Shown one piece after another: positions 17,799 to 27,072 of a stretch of 64,000 nucleotides of DNA. The stretch's first letter is position 1. Each line of letters starts with the position of its first letter. The notes below the pieces were generated by a model, which was not told the origin of the DNA, made no database searches, and saw nothing but the letters and a program-made list of their open reading frames with translations. Source of the DNA: an uncultured Chloroflexia bacterium (GTDB taxonomy: Bacteria > Chloroflexota > Chloroflexia > Thermomicrobiales > UBA6265); assembly GCA_963741965.1 (NCBI GenBank), contig CAVUKC010000001.1, positions 602,794-666,793 of the forward strand. The letters run 5' to 3'. Both the position numbers and the translations under genes were made by a program.

Positions 17799-19118
17799 TC
17801 AGCTTTCGGATTCGTAGACGCGCTTGCGCTCCTCGTCCAGCTTGTCGAGGATACTGTCGACGTCGTCCGGGTTGTTCCAGAACTCCACGAACGCCGCCAT
17901 GCCGCGCTCGGCCATGTCCGGATGCGTGTCGCGGTCGTAAAACTGCGCGATGTAGTCGGATTCCTGCAGCATCTCGACGCCGCGGCGAGTGATGTCGTCG
18001 TAGAGGTCGAGCGGCACGTCCTTGTGGACCGCCGGGGAGCCACCCTGCTCGACGAGGAACTGCTGCGCCTCGGCACCGCCGAGGTACGTGAGCAGCGCCT
18101 GTGCGCCATCCGGGTTCGGTGCCTTGGTGGCCGCGAAGAAGCCGTCGGTGGGCGCGTCCTCGCCGACCGCGATGCTCTCGTCCATGATCGGGAAGCGGAA
18201 GAAGTCGAGGTCGTCCTCCAGCTCGTCGGGGAACTGGTCGACAATGAACCGGCCCATGAGGTAGAGCCCGGCATCGCCCTGCGCGAACGGCGTCACTGCG
18301 TCCTGCCAGCTGTACGCCTCGGGCTGCGGCAGGAACGCCTCCTTGTCGAGCAGCTCGCGCCAGCGCGCGAAGGTGTCCTTGACCTCCTGGGAGTTGTACG
18401 CCGCCTCGCCGTCCATCAGCTGGATATGGAACTCCGGCCCGTTCTGGCGCATGTTGAGGTAGTCGAACCAGCCGGCCGCCGTCCACGGCGCGAGGGTCCC
18501 GATCGTGATCGGCACCTTGCCGCCTTCCTTGAGGGCATCGACGAGCGACAGGAACTCGTCCCAGGTGGTCGGTGGCTCCAGGCCCATCTCCTCGAACATG
18601 CTCGGCCGGTACCAGACCGCCCAGTGGTAGTACGATGTCGGCACAAAGTAGTACGTGCCGTCGTTGCCCTTGGAGACGGCGAGAATGCCTTCTGGGTAGG
18701 CGTCTGCCCAACCGTTCTCACTGTAGAGATCGTCGAGCGGCATCAGCAGGCCGTTGTTGGAGAAGAACCGCATGCGGTTGCCGGCGAACCAGGTGAGCAC
18801 GTCGGGAGGATCGTCCGAGGCGAGGTAGGTGCGGATCGCCTGCTTGAACGCCTCGTGCTCGGTCGTGTTCACCTCGGCGGTGAAGCCACTGTCGCCGCCG
18901 TTGAAGTTCTCGACGACACCTTCGAGGCGGGCGCGAGGCTCGGGGTCACTTGCATTGGAGGCGAGGTTGACCGTGGTGTCCTGCGCGAGAGCTGCCAGCT
19001 CGGAGGCGCTGAACAATCCGGCGAGCGTGGGGATCGAGATCCCGAGTGCCGCGCCGCGAGCGGCGAGCTGGCGACGCGTGTGAAGCGACTGCATAAACCG
19101 AGACGATGAACGAGCCAT
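17799..19118 (-). CDS. ABC transporter substrate-binding protein (extracellular solute-binding family 1, sugars)
   Basis: ATG 19118 is preceded by GAGGAGG and gives 439 aa. Tat-like signal 'RRQLAARGAALGISIPTLAG'. It lies upstream of the two CUT1 permeases. Confidence 0.85.
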   Translation of the reverse strand: MARSSSRFMQSLHTRRQLAARGAALGISIPTLAGLFSASELAALAQDTTVNLASNASDPEPRARLEGVVENFNGGDSGFTAEVNTTEHEAFKQAIRTYLASDDPPDVLTWFAGNRMRFFSNNGLLMPLDDLYSENGWADAYPEGILAVSKGNDGTYYFVPTSYYHWAVWYRPSMFEEMGLEPPTTWDEFLSLVDALKEGGKVPITIGTLAPWTAAGWFDYLNMRQNGPEFHIQLMDGEAAYNSQEVKDTFARWRELLDKEAFLPQPEAYSWQDAVTPFAQGDAGLYLMGRFIVDQFPDELEDDLDFFRFPIMDESIAVGEDAPTDGFFAATKAPNPDGAQALLTYLGGAEAQQFLVEQGGSPAVHKDVPLDLYDDITRRGVEMLQESDYIAQFYDRDTHPDMAERGMAAFVEFWNNPDDVDSILDKLDEERKRVYESES

Positions 19119-19316
19119 CTGGTCCTCCTCGGGTGCGATCAGATCGGTTCGATACGTCGTGACCCCGGACACGCGTAGGGCACGCCGAGGTCGGGTTGAT
19201 CACCGCAACCTCTATCTTCCGGGTTCAGAAACGTGGGTCCAGTGTGCCGCCCGAGATGCACGGCGTCAACCGGCGTCGCTACACGAGAGGCTGCGAGGAC
19301 TGTCGGCGGGCGGCCA

Positions 19317-20339
19317 TCACTCGTCCCCGAACTCTGGACTATCGAGCGTCTCAACGGCGCCCGTGTTTTCGACCGTCCCGGCGACGGTGCTGCCACCGAT
19401 GGCGTAGATGGTGTCGCCGATCGCCGTGACGCCGACACCGTGCCGTGCGGTCGGCATGTCCGGCAGTGATGTCCACTCGTTCGTGATTGGATCGTACGCC
19501 TCGACGGCGGAGAATGTGGTGTCGCCGCGCTCTCCGCCGAGCACCACGACCCGGCCGCTCACGAACGCGCCCGCGAAGCCGCCACGGGGCGTCGGCAGCT
19601 CGGATACTGTCTCCCAGCTGTCGGTGTCCGGGACGTACGCTTCGACTGCCGATGCGAATTGGCCACCCTCATCGCCATTGGCGCGACCACCGATCGCGAA
19701 GATGCGTCCGTCGGCCGCAACAACGGCGAGGTGCTCGCGCGGCGTCGGCATGCTGGAGGCGGGTTCCCATGAATCCGTGTCGGGATCGTACACATCGACC
19801 GCGCCGGTGACCGGGCCACCCAGACGCTCTGTGGCGCCGCCGATGGCGTAGAGCTTGCCATCCAGCGCGGCGAGCCCCAGGGCGCCGCGGCGCTGCGGTA
19901 ACGGAGCGCGCGCCGTCCACGCGTCGGTGGCGGGATTGTAGGCCCAGACGGCGTCGCTGGCGCCGTTCTCGGTGTAGCCTCCGGCAACGTAGACCTTGCC
20001 GCCGAGGGCCGCCACGCCGGGATGATGCACGCCCTGTGGCAGATCCGCACCTGTCGACCACGAATCCGTTGCGGTGTCATAGCAGTCCAGCATGGATGGC
20101 CCACCGAAGCCGCCGACGACGTATATCGTTGTGCCGATGGCGACGGCGCCGAGCTCGGATCGCGGGCGGGGCATCGGGGCATGCTCGGTCCAGCCAGCGT
20201 CGGTGGTCGCCGCCGGAGATGCGAAGATGGGTGCCTCGCCCGGCGCACACGGCACGCCAGCCTGTGCGAGGGAGATCGGGACATGAACCATCCCGGCAAG
20301 CATCAAGAGCGCAATCAGGGAGCGTCGGACGTGCGTCAT
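19317..20339 (-). CDS. secreted Kelch-repeat beta-propeller protein
   Basis: 340 aa from ATG 20339 (RBS AAAGGA). Signal 'LIALLMLAGMVHVPISLAQA'. About six repeats of the type 'G.IY..GG........v..YDP.tdsW'. Confidence 0.75.
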   Translation of the reverse strand: MTHVRRSLIALLMLAGMVHVPISLAQAGVPCAPGEAPIFASPAATTDAGWTEHAPMPRPRSELGAVAIGTTIYVVGGFGGPSMLDCYDTATDSWSTGADLPQGVHHPGVAALGGKVYVAGGYTENGASDAVWAYNPATDAWTARAPLPQRRGALGLAALDGKLYAIGGATERLGGPVTGAVDVYDPDTDSWEPASSMPTPREHLAVVAADGRIFAIGGRANGDEGGQFASAVEAYVPDTDSWETVSELPTPRGGFAGAFVSGRVVVLGGERGDTTFSAVEAYDPITNEWTSLPDMPTARHGVGVTAIGDTIYAIGGSTVAGTVENTGAVETLDSPEFGDE

Positions 20340-20471
20340 CGGCGGTCCTTTGGCGAGGTATCCAGGTGACGATTGACGCATGGTAGCACCGGCGCGGGAG
20401 ACATCCTGGTGAGGGCCGATAGAGTTCCCTGTGTGACTGCCTGAGATCCGGAGCGTGAAGGAGAGACCAGC

Positions 20472-21476
20472 ATGGGTGAGTCATCGAGCATTGGCGTCAT
20501 GTTCCGCCGGGAGCAGCATCCGGAGCGGCTCGTGGAGTACGCTCGTCGCGTTGAGGCAGCCGGATTCGACGAGCTCTGGGTTGTGGAGGACTGCTTTTAC
20601 ATGGGCGGCATCGCCCAGGCAGCGACGGCACTCGCCGTCACGAGCGACATCACCGTCGGGCTCGGGATCGCGCCGGCGGTCGCCCGCAACCCGTCGTTTT
20701 TGGCGATGGAGCTCGCGACACTTGCGAACATGCACCCCGGTCGGGTCCACGGCGGCATCGGGCACGGTGTCGCGGAGTGGATGGACCAGATCGGCGCACG
20801 GCCAGAGTCATGGCTGGCGGCGCTCGAGGAGACGACCACAGCCGTCCGAGCCCTGCTCGCGGGCGAGACGGTCACCATGTCAGGCCGATTCGTGCACCTC
20901 GACGACGTTCGGCTCGAGTACCCGCCGGCCTCAGCGCCGCCGATCTCGCTCGGCGTGCAGCGCGAGAAGTCGCTCGCGCTTTCCGGTCGCTGCGCCGACG
21001 GCACGATCCTGGTCGAGGGGACGTCGCCGGAGTACGTCCGTTGGGCGCTGGAGCAGATCGGGGCGGGCACGGCGAGTGAGCAGACAGGCGGCTCTCACCG
21101 CGTGACCGTCTACGCGCTCTGCGACGTCGACGTGGAAGACCCTGCCGGCGCGCGAGGCAACGTCCGACGAGCGCTCGCGCCGTTCCTGGCCGCCGGCAGC
21201 GCATCGCCGACGGTGAGTGTGCTGCCGTACGCGGAGGAGGTCGATGCGCTCGCGGCCAATGGTGGTTCAGATCGATTGGAGCGGGACATGCCTGACGCCT
21301 GGCTCGACGATCTCGCCGTGGCGGGGACGCCGGAGCAGTGCCTCGCCGCGATCGAGCGACTGCGGTCGGCGGGCGCCGACGCGGTGGTGCTGGTTCCGCC
21401 GGCTGACCTCGATGCCGATGCCTGGCTGGACCGGGTCAGTACCTCGCTCCTGCCGGTGCTTCGGCCAGGCGGCTGA
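20472..21476 (+). CDS. LLM-class (luciferase-like) flavin/F420-dependent oxidoreductase
   Basis: 334 aa. N-terminus 'VEYARRVEAAGFDELWVVEDCF' is typical of luciferase-like monooxygenase TIM barrels. Confidence 0.7.
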   Translation: MGESSSIGVMFRREQHPERLVEYARRVEAAGFDELWVVEDCFYMGGIAQAATALAVTSDITVGLGIAPAVARNPSFLAMELATLANMHPGRVHGGIGHGVAEWMDQIGARPESWLAALEETTTAVRALLAGETVTMSGRFVHLDDVRLEYPPASAPPISLGVQREKSLALSGRCADGTILVEGTSPEYVRWALEQIGAGTASEQTGGSHRVTVYALCDVDVEDPAGARGNVRRALAPFLAAGSASPTVSVLPYAEEVDALAANGGSDRLERDMPDAWLDDLAVAGTPEQCLAAIERLRSAGADAVVLVPPADLDADAWLDRVSTSLLPVLRPGG

Positions 21477-21489
21477 AGAGTGAACTGTG

Positions 21490-21525
21490 CAGAGCGCCCC
21501 GGATCGACCGATCCGGGGCGCTCTG
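21490..21525. terminator. bidirectional hairpin between convergent genes
   Basis: Perfect 15-bp stem CAGAGCGCCCCGGAT / ATCCGGGGCGCTCTG with a 6-nt loop, followed by TTGTG. Confidence 0.75.
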
Positions 21526-21546
21526 TTGTGCGATATCGAACGCAGG

Positions 21547-22314
21547 CTACCGGAAGCCCTCGGTGACCGCATGCTTCCGGTCATACCACGGCAGGTCCTC
21601 GATCGGGTCCTGGTTGCCGAAGTTTCGAGCCGGGCGACTCACCGGGGCGGCCCACTTCACGGCGTTGCCGATCACCGTGCGAATCTCCGGGTTGAAGTAG
21701 GTGCCGTAGGTCTCGTGGCCGGGGCGGAAGTAGAAGACCTTGCCGGCGCCACGCTGGTAGCAGGCGCCGCTGCGGAAGATCTCGCCGCCCTGGAACCAGC
21801 TGACGAAGACGAGCTCGTCCGGCTGCGGGATGTCGAAGTGCTCGCCGTACATCTCCTCCTGCTCGAGCTCGATGTACTCGCCGATGCCCTCGACGATGGG
21901 GTGGCCGGGGCGTACGACCCAGAGGCGCTCCTTCTCGTCGGCCTCGCGCCACTTGAGGTCGCAGGTGGTGCCCATCAGCTTCTTGAAGATCTTCGAGAAG
22001 TGCCCGGAGTGGAGGACGATCAGGCCCATTCCCTCCATCACGCGCTTGTGCACGCGATCGACGATGGCGTCGTCGACCTCGCCGTGCGCCATGTGACCCC
22101 ACCAGACCATCACGTCGGTGTTGTCGACCACATCCTGCGTGAGGCCGTGCTCCGGCTCGTCGAGCGTGGCAGTGCGGGCGGTGATGCCGTCGAGCTCGTT
22201 CAGCCCCTCGGCGATCGCGCCGTGGATGCCGTTCGGGTAGACGTCCCCGACCTCCTTGTCCTTCTTCTCATGGCGGTACTCGTTCCAGACGGTAACGCGA
22301 ATCTCCTGGCTCAT
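21547..22314 (-). CDS. ThuA-domain protein (trehalose-utilisation-like)
   Basis: ATG 22314 gives 255 aa starting '[18 protein letters not shown]', with '[13 protein letters not shown]'. This is the typical ThuA-family pattern. Confidence 0.75.
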   Translation of the reverse strand: MSQEIRVTVWNEYRHEKKDKEVGDVYPNGIHGAIAEGLNELDGITARTATLDEPEHGLTQDVVDNTDVMVWWGHMAHGEVDDAIVDRVHKRVMEGMGLIVLHSGHFSKIFKKLMGTTCDLKWREADEKERLWVVRPGHPIVEGIGEYIELEQEEMYGEHFDIPQPDELVFVSWFQGGEIFRSGACYQRGAGKVFYFRPGHETYGTYFNPEIRTVIGNAVKWAAPVSRPARNFGNQDPIEDLPWYDRKHAVTEGFR

Positions 22315-22408
22315 GTGAACGCTGTCCTTTCCGTACCTGCTGCGCGAGCTTCGCGCATGCCGGGCGGCTATCCTCGCGGAATCCGCCCCTACCTGAATCG
22401 TCCCCGTA

Positions 22409-23524
22409 TCAACCGTCGGCGGGCTGTGCCGCTGCCTCGGCATCCTCGATCGCGACCTCGCGGCCGAGCTCGGCCGAGCGGTAGATCGCTTCGATCACGC
22501 GGACGCGATCGAGACCTTCCTGCCCGTCCGGCGAGAGCGGCGCGCCATCGAGGATCGCGTCGATGAAGTTGCTGCAGATTTGCGCGTGGCCGTCGCGGCT
22601 CTGCAGACGCGGCGTCGAGTCGACTGCGGTGTCCCCGATGTCACTGAACAGCTGCAGCGTGCCGATGTCCGCGTAGTCCTTCGAATGGATCTTCGCGCCG
22701 CCGTTGCTGCCGTACACCTGCACGCCGAACTCGTCGGTCATCTCCGTGTAGGCGGCCCATGCCGCCTCGAGCAGCAGGGTACCGCCATTCCCGAACCGAA
22801 GGAAGGCGGTGGCGAGATCCTCGACCTCGTAGCTGTTGGAGCCGCCGGTGCGCGGACCCATGGCGCTCGGCAGGTTGCCCTTGCCCTGGCTGCCGATCTT
22901 GTCATAGGTGGCGGCGGAAACGCTGGTGATGGTCGGGTTGCCCAACATGTAGAGCGCCATGTCGAGAACGTGTACGCCGAGGTCGATCAGCGGGCCGCCG
23001 CCGGCCGCCTGCTTGTTCGTGAACCAGCTCCCCCAGCCGGGGATGCCGGTGCGTCGCATCCAGAACGCCTTGGCGTAGTAGACGTCGCCCATCACGCCGG
23101 AGGCGATCTGGTCACGGACGATCTGGACGTCATGGCGCCAGCGGCGCTGGAAGGCGATGCCGAGTCGCTTGCCATGCTCCTTCGCCGCGGCGACCATCCT
23201 CTCGCCGTCGGCAACGGTCCCTGCGAGCGGCTTCTCCACCAGCACATGCTTGCCCGCCTCGAAGGCATCCCTGGTCACCGGCCAGTGGAGGTTGTTGGGC
23301 ACCACGACGCTGACGGCGTCGATGTCGTGATCACTGAGCAGGTCCTGGTAGTCGGTGTAGATGCGCGGGACGTCGTACTGCTTCGCGAGCCGCTCGCAGC
23401 GGTCGGTGTCGAGCCCGGCCAGTGCGACGATCTTGACGCGAGGATCCTGCGAGTAGCCGCGCAGGTGGAACATGCCGGCGCCGCACCCGATGACGCCAAC
23501 CCGGATGGTCTTCGCTTCTGCCAT
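22409..23524 (-). CDS. Gfo/Idh/MocA family NAD(P)-dependent oxidoreductase (ThuB-like partner)
   Basis: 371 aa. '[13 protein letters not shown]' Rossmann motif and '[11 protein letters not shown]' motif. Confidence 0.85.
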   Translation of the reverse strand: MAEAKTIRVGVIGCGAGMFHLRGYSQDPRVKIVALAGLDTDRCERLAKQYDVPRIYTDYQDLLSDHDIDAVSVVVPNNLHWPVTRDAFEAGKHVLVEKPLAGTVADGERMVAAAKEHGKRLGIAFQRRWRHDVQIVRDQIASGVMGDVYYAKAFWMRRTGIPGWGSWFTNKQAAGGGPLIDLGVHVLDMALYMLGNPTITSVSAATYDKIGSQGKGNLPSAMGPRTGGSNSYEVEDLATAFLRFGNGGTLLLEAAWAAYTEMTDEFGVQVYGSNGGAKIHSKDYADIGTLQLFSDIGDTAVDSTPRLQSRDGHAQICSNFIDAILDGAPLSPDGQEGLDRVRVIEAIYRSAELGREVAIEDAEAAAQPADG

Positions 23525-23638
23525 TGTGCTTCCTTGCTGGCTCCGTGTGCGGGAGCGGTCGACCTGAACGCCCCGACCGGGCGCGAATGTTGTGGTGAGT
23601 GTGCCATGGGCGTGGAGCCGTGGCGAGAGGCCGGCGCG

Positions 23639-24481
23639 CTACTCCTGCTCGCCGAGGAGCGTGATCATGACGACCTCAGGCGGGCAGTTCAGGCGAACCG
23701 GCGGCCGGTACATGCCGATACCAGCGGATACGTAAAGCGGCATGCCGTCGACGTCGTACCGGCCGAGCTGATAGCGCTTGCCGAGCACCGGTGCGGCGGC
23801 GCCCTTGAGGAAAGGGAGCCGCACCTGACCACCGTGGGTATGGCCGGAGAGCATGAACAGGGGATCGTACGGCGCCACGCGCTCCGCGCGGTCAGGCTCG
23901 TGCCAGAGCGCGATGGTCGGCTCGTCCGCCGGGATGTCCCCGAACGCCTTCGGGAGGTCCGGCGAGCCGAGGATGGCGTCGTCGATGCCGACCAGCCAGA
24001 CAGGACCGCGGTCCGTCTCGACGCGAGCTTGCTCGTTCACGAGCACCGTGATGCCGGCGCGATCGAGCGCTTCCACCACGCGCTCGCGGGTGTTGGCGAC
24101 ATCGTGGTTGCCGAGGATGGCCCACGTGCCGAGCTTTGGCGTGGAGGCCATGTCCTCCAGCGCGGCAACCGACGGGTCGATGAAGCGGGGCGATTCAGAG
24201 ACGTAGTCGCCACCGAGGATGAGGATGTCCGGCTGGGACCGGCGCAGATAGTCGAGCGTCGGTCGGAGGTCGTCTGTGCGGAAGTGGGGGCCGACATGCG
24301 TGTCGGTGACGAACGCGATGGTGAGCCCATCGAGCCGTGCGTGCTTGCGCGGCAGCGGCATGATCACATGCGTGAGCCTGGTGCGATAGGGATGCACGAA
24401 CCGCGCCCGCCAGGCGATAACGGCGCCAGCCAGAGCTGCGATCGAGAACAGGAACCAGAAGACGCGCTTGAACGGGGTCAT
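23639..24481 (-). CDS. membrane-anchored metallophosphoesterase (calcineurin-like)
   Basis: ATG 24481 overlaps the stop of the upstream gene (ATGA) and gives 280 aa. N-terminal TM 'VFWFLFSIAALAGAVIAW'. Motifs 'FVTDTHVG', 'GGDYV', 'GNHD', 'SGHTHGGQ'. Confidence 0.85.
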   Translation of the reverse strand: MTPFKRVFWFLFSIAALAGAVIAWRARFVHPYRTRLTHVIMPLPRKHARLDGLTIAFVTDTHVGPHFRTDDLRPTLDYLRRSQPDILILGGDYVSESPRFIDPSVAALEDMASTPKLGTWAILGNHDVANTRERVVEALDRAGITVLVNEQARVETDRGPVWLVGIDDAILGSPDLPKAFGDIPADEPTIALWHEPDRAERVAPYDPLFMLSGHTHGGQVRLPFLKGAAAPVLGKRYQLGRYDVDGMPLYVSAGIGMYRPPVRLNCPPEVVMITLLGEQE

Positions 24482-25422
24482 AGCACCTCGATGATAGTCG
24501 CGACGATGTAGCCGGCGGTCACCAGCAGCCCGAACTGGAGATGCACGCCGGCCGACTGTCGCACGTACGGGTTGAGCTCGTGCGGTGTGTGAGCGTTCGG
24601 GATCGATCGGGCCAGGCTGACCGCGCGGGGCAGCACGAGCACCGAGATCGCGATTGGCCACGAGCCGGGGTCGTTCGCGATCATCAGCGCGATGAACAGC
24701 CATGGCAGCAGCATCAGCGCCTGGTACTCGCGGTCGGCGAAGGTCCGCGGCAGCAGGTTCGCCAGCGTGCGCTTGTTGTGGGCGCGGTCAACCTCCCGGT
24801 CACGGATGTTGTTCGCATGGAGGATCGCCGTCACGACGCAGCCGATAGCGAGGCTCAGCAGGACAGCGGTGAGGCTCACCTCGCCGGTATGGACGTAAAA
24901 CGTGCCGATCACCATGCCGACGCCCATCGCGAGGAAGACCGTGACCTCACCGAGCGCCCAGTAGGCGAGGGGGAAGGGACCGCCGGTGTAAAGGTAGGCG
25001 GCCGCGGCGCTGGCGATGGCGAGCAGGATGATGGGCCGGCCGATGTCGATCATGATCGGCAGCGCGGCGACGAAGGCGACCGCGAAGGAGACGATGATGC
25101 CGATGCCGAGGTCGCGGCGCTCGAGCAAGCCGCTCTGCAGGACGCCAGCCTGACCAATGACCTGCTTTCGATCCACGCCGCTCTCGTCGTCGTAGTAGTC
25201 GTTTGCGAGGTTACAGCCGGCGTGTGTCGCGGCGGAGGCGATCAGCATCAGCACGAGTGCCAGCACGCTCATGCGGTCTTCGTACAGCGCCAGAAAGGAC
25301 GCCGCGATCACGGGCACCGTCGACGTCGTGAACGAAAACGGCCGGATCGCCATGAACCAGACCTTCCAGAGCGGAGGTCGGGCGGGTGTGGTGTTCGTGG
25401 AGGTACCTGCAGCGAGATTCAT
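24478..25422 (-). CDS. menA: UbiA-family prenyltransferase, MenA-like (1,4-dihydroxy-2-naphthoate prenyltransferase)
   Basis: 314 aa, polytopic. The Asp-rich motif 'NLANDYYDDESGVD' matches the MenA-type NDYxDxxxGxD. Confidence 0.7.
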   Translation of the reverse strand: MNLAAGTSTNTTPARPPLWKVWFMAIRPFSFTTSTVPVIAASFLALYEDRMSVLALVLMLIASAATHAGCNLANDYYDDESGVDRKQVIGQAGVLQSGLLERRDLGIGIIVSFAVAFVAALPIMIDIGRPIILLAIASAAAAYLYTGGPFPLAYWALGEVTVFLAMGVGMVIGTFYVHTGEVSLTAVLLSLAIGCVVTAILHANNIRDREVDRAHNKRTLANLLPRTFADREYQALMLLPWLFIALMIANDPGSWPIAISVLVLPRAVSLARSIPNAHTPHELNPYVRQSAGVHLQFGLLVTAGYIVATIIEVL

Positions 25423-25423
25423 G

Positions 25424-26194
25424 TCAGTCCGCCACCCGCCAGGGCATGACGAGCCGCTCGCCGATGTTGATCAGCAGCGAGAGCAACCAGCCCATGATGC
25501 CGGTGATGATCAGCCCGACCATCATCTTCTTGACCGAGAGGATGGTCCAGCTCTGCCAGATGAGGGCACCGATGCCGCCCTGTGACACGGTCAGGAACTC
25601 GGTGCCGACGATCACGATCAGCGCGAACCCGAGCGCGAGTCGAAGCCCGGTGAAGATGCTTGGCAGTGCCCCCGGCAGCGCCACCGTGGTGAACAGCTCG
25701 AGCCGGGAGGCGCCGAGGTTGCGGGCGACGTCTCGGTAGGTGCGGTCGATCTCCATCACGCCGCTCATCGTGTTGAGCGCGACGAGGAAGAAGATGGAGA
25801 GCGCGACGATAACGAACTTCGAGGTCTCGCCGATGCCGAACACGATCATCACAAGCGGCAGGATCGCGATCTTCGGCACGGAGTACAGCGCGGCCGCGAG
25901 CGGCATCAGGAACACGCGCACCGGCCAGAAGAGTCCCATCGCCAGACCGAGCACCACGCCCGGGATCGCGCCGAGGAGGAACCCGCCGAAGATGCGGACG
26001 GTGCTCAGCCAGACGTCGTGAAGCAGCGCGTCTTCGGTGAGCAGCTCGACGAACGTGCTCCAGAGGCTGGTCGGCGCGGGCCAGTAGAGCGGGTTGATCG
26101 TGCCGGTGCGGGAGAGCACCTCCCAGATACCGAGCAGGACGATCGGCGCCGAGAGGGTCAACGTCACCTCGGCGGCGCGACGCTGTGAGGTCAT
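25424..26194 (-). CDS. ABC transporter permease (NitT/TauT/SsuC family)
   Basis: ATG 26194 overlaps the ATPase stop and gives 256 aa. Six hydrophobic segments, with an EAA-like loop around 'DVARNLGASRLELFTTVALPGALP'. Confidence 0.85.
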   Translation of the reverse strand: MTSQRRAAEVTLTLSAPIVLLGIWEVLSRTGTINPLYWPAPTSLWSTFVELLTEDALLHDVWLSTVRIFGGFLLGAIPGVVLGLAMGLFWPVRVFLMPLAAALYSVPKIAILPLVMIVFGIGETSKFVIVALSIFFLVALNTMSGVMEIDRTYRDVARNLGASRLELFTTVALPGALPSIFTGLRLALGFALIVIVGTEFLTVSQGGIGALIWQSWTILSVKKMMVGLIITGIMGWLLSLLINIGERLVMPWRVAD

Positions 26195-27063
26195 CGAGCG
26201 ATCTCCTGTTCCTGCTGGGCGCGCGCGGCGTTCACCTCGGCGCGCAGGATGTCCCACGTGCGGCCGAACAGCTCGGCGAACCGGGGATCGGTGCGAACTT
26301 CGGCCAGGCTGCGGGGGCGCGCGAACGGAACGTCGAACACTGTCCGCACGGTTCCTGGCTGGGCGCTCATCACGACGATCGTGTCCGCGAGCACCAGCGC
26401 CTCATCGAGCGAGTGGGTGACGAAGACGACGGTCTTGCCGGTCGCCTCCCAGATACGCAGCAGCTCCTCCTGCAGGATCATGCGTGTCTGCTCGTCGAGC
26501 GCGCCGAACGGCTCGTCCATGAGCAGGATGTCGGGGTCGACGGCGAGCGCCCGCGCGATCGCGACGCGCTGCCGCATGCCTTCGGAGACCTGGTGTGGGT
26601 AGACGCGGGCGAACTTCCGGAGCCCGACCAGCTGCAGCAGCTCGTCGGCGCGTGCTCCACGCTCGGCCCGCGATGTGCCCTTGAGCCGAAGACCGTAGGA
26701 GACGTTTTGGCGCAGTGTGAGCCACGGGAAGAGCGACCGGCCCTGGAAAACGAGCGCGTTGGTCGGTGACGACCCTTCCGCGCGGCCGTCGCCGAAGACA
26801 AGCTCGCCGCTGGTCGGAGTGTCCAGCCCGGCGAGCATCCGCAGGAACGTCGACTTGCCGCAGCCGCTCGGGCCGACGATGACGTTGAAGCTTCCGGCCG
26901 GAAACGCCAGCGTGACGTCCCGCACCGCGTCGATCGGCCCGCGTGGTGTCACGAAGCGCTTGCCGACACGGATCGCCGAGACGATCGCGTCATCACTGGA
27001 CTGGGGCGCCAACGCGGTGGCGCCCGGTCGTGTTTGGAGCGAAGGGAGAGCGGAGTCAGCCAT
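26191..27063 (-). CDS. ABC transporter ATP-binding protein (NitT/TauT/SsuB family)
   Basis: 290 aa. Walker A 'GPSGCGKST', signature 'VSEGMRQRV', Walker B 'ILLMDEPFGALD'. Confidence 0.9.
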   Translation of the reverse strand: MADSALPSLQTRPGATALAPQSSDDAIVSAIRVGKRFVTPRGPIDAVRDVTLAFPAGSFNVIVGPSGCGKSTFLRMLAGLDTPTSGELVFGDGRAEGSSPTNALVFQGRSLFPWLTLRQNVSYGLRLKGTSRAERGARADELLQLVGLRKFARVYPHQVSEGMRQRVAIARALAVDPDILLMDEPFGALDEQTRMILQEELLRIWEATGKTVVFVTHSLDEALVLADTIVVMSAQPGTVRTVFDVPFARPRSLAEVRTDPRFAELFGRTWDILRAEVNAARAQQEQEIAR

Positions 27064-27072
27064 GGTGCTCGA

